The notes under the pieces: generated by a model
What the model was told of the DNA's origin: nothing
Database searches by the model: none
Seen by the model: the letters and a program-made list of their open reading frames with translations, nothing else
Source: Paragordius varius
Taxonomy: Eukaryota; Animalia; Nematomorpha
Assembly: GCA_964247055.1 (NCBI GenBank)
Contig: OZ176051.1
Coordinates: 1,240,001 to 1,304,000, forward strand
Direction: 5' to 3'
Length of the DNA stretch: 64,000 bases
Translations under genes and position numbers: made by a program
Part shown: positions 62,236-64,000 of the stretch, in pieces
How positions within the stretch are numbered: the stretch's first letter is position 1
Layout of the letters: the number at the start of each line of letters is the position of its first letter

Positions 62236-63766
62236 TTATTTACAAGGGCACGGTCTAGAAACCAAAGGTTTTTGTCTATATCGAGAACAGATGCTATCAT
62301 CAATAAAATCTTTTAGCGACGGGTCTTTGACACAAAAAACTGACCGATACTGTAATGTTGGGCTGAAATATAGAGAGGATTCATTTTTCGAATGGTATGA
62401 TGAAAAAGTTGTATTAACGTCTTTTGTTGTTTCGCGGCAGAAACAAGGTTGCCAGTATCCTAACCACCAAAAAGGGAGACAAGTAAAATTATTGCATTTT
62501 CGGGATAAAGTTGCTTTAGGTTTTGGTTGAGGACAAAGTTTATCACTCACTTTGAGTCCAGATATGGAATTGGCACAAAAATAAGCCTTATTTTGTGTGC
62601 CCATTTTGTTGTTATTAGAATTTTCAAAACTACATTTTTTATTGCATGGACTCCAATCAGTTAATGCCCAGATGTATGATGTGTTGGTGGGATCATTGGA
62701 ATTTAAACTTTTGTTTGGCTTTACAGATTTGTGATAATAGTTGACAGATATATTGATCGAAACATTTAACTGAGTAATAAGAACATAAACGATCATATCT
62801 TTTTCGAGTGGACCCACGATTGAAATTAATTCTTGATGACTTTTTTTGGTTGAAGTATAGTTATAAACTACGGCTTTTACTGCTGATGAGGTTTTTACCC
62901 TATGTACCCCAAACCAGGTGATTGTTAAATTGCCATTAAGCATATATTCAGCATCCTGTGCATAAGTCAGAGCTAAATAATTAGCATTCTCACTCATTTC
63001 TTGAACGGTTATTTGTGTTGCATCTTTTGGAATGGTTGCTACACTCAAATACGAGCTTGCATTGTTCTCCAAAAAACTATCCTCAACCTGACTCGTGTTA
63101 AGAAAAACATAATTTTCCACTTTTTTGCAATTTTTATTGCCTCCATCACAGATGAGACAATTATCTTTCTTAGCTCGGCTCTCGAGTCTTCGATCGCAAG
63201 CTATCGGATGACAACGCCCTTCTATACAAACACCATCTATAAACAAACGAATCATTGAGATAAAAAGAAATAGTTATTAGGTTTAAAGAGTTTCCTATTA
63301 TCTATTTTGATTAAAACTGGCGGAGTTCAAGATAATCGTTTATTTTACTTATGCACCGTTTACTCGATTAAAAAAATATATTTTTAACCAATATTTGTAA
63401 TGTATTTGCAAAATAACTTTTACTTACTGTATTCGATATCACTTTTAATTTCTAGTGGCGTGTGTTCGAAATTAACACTACCCATATTACACAAAGTCCC
63501 ATCTCGTAAACTGTGAGCATATGAATCGATCATTTCTAAGCTAACATTTTTCGTAATATTTGGATGTGAAATTAAACTTTGCGATTCATTTAGTTTTTCT
63601 TCGTTTGGCACGGATGATTGATATTCCGATTGAATATTTTTGCAGTTTAAATGACAGGCAGGTGCGCCATACATAATGGTTTGATAGTCAAAAATCCAAG
63701 TAGAATTGCATATTCCTTTAATTTTACATCCATACTCCTGACATTGGTAATTGGGATTGTATTCGT
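62236..63766 (-). CDS. 3' part of an ADAMTS/ADAMTS-like protein (Cys-rich, spacer, 2 TSP1 repeats); gene continues beyond the window
   Basis: Exon from 63766 YNPNYQCQEY..CHLNC..LRDGTLC, then GVCIEGRC..IACDRRLESRAKKDNCLICDGGNKNC, spacer ATIPKDATQITVQE..NYLAL, and TSP1 WALTDWSPCNKKC and WWLGYWQPC; stop at 62236. Confidence 0.85.
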
Positions 63767-64000
63767 CTTAAATATATTGCAATTGATAATGAATTAACAA
63801 TAAAAATGGAAACTATACGGACAAAATATAAAAATATAAAGACATAATTTTTTTCAAAAGACAACCATGCTTTTTAAACCTAAATTTATCCTAAAAAAAG
63901 CATTTAATTAAATCGTAAAATAAATAATTGACTGTGTTACCAATTTACATTTCTATATTATACTTTATAGTTTAAAACAATAAATTCTATTTTAAAAAAA

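Overview
Very AT-rich genomic DNA from an intron-containing animal (AhR, ADAMTS, chondroitin synthase, RTE/mariner/hAT elements; standard genetic code; species not identifiable from sequence). I reconstructed about 17 protein genes by hand: hnRNP A/B, PSMA3, a GT31 beta-1,3-glycosyltransferase, PIG-L, MED21, PSMF1/PI31, an EGF-SEA-FN3 receptor-like gene, AhR, RidA, CHSY, ADRM1, GCLC, CCDC28, VTI1, the 3' part of an ADAMTS-family gene and two orphans. The ORF track misses several because they are split by tiny introns. Main observations: (1) 16 GT-AG introns of 21-34 nt coexist with ordinary 60-2700 nt introns and sit mostly at gene 5' ends or in small genes. (2) Intronless MED21 and PIG-L overlap by 11 nt on the same strand, with an intronless GT31 gene downstream and PI31 starting 41 nt away on the other strand, giving an operon-like unit. 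(3) Convergent gene pairs have stop codons only 7 and 15 nt apart. (4) A TSD-flanked hAT element carries an inverted, decayed copy of its own transposase. All exon structures are manual predictions and need RNA evidence.
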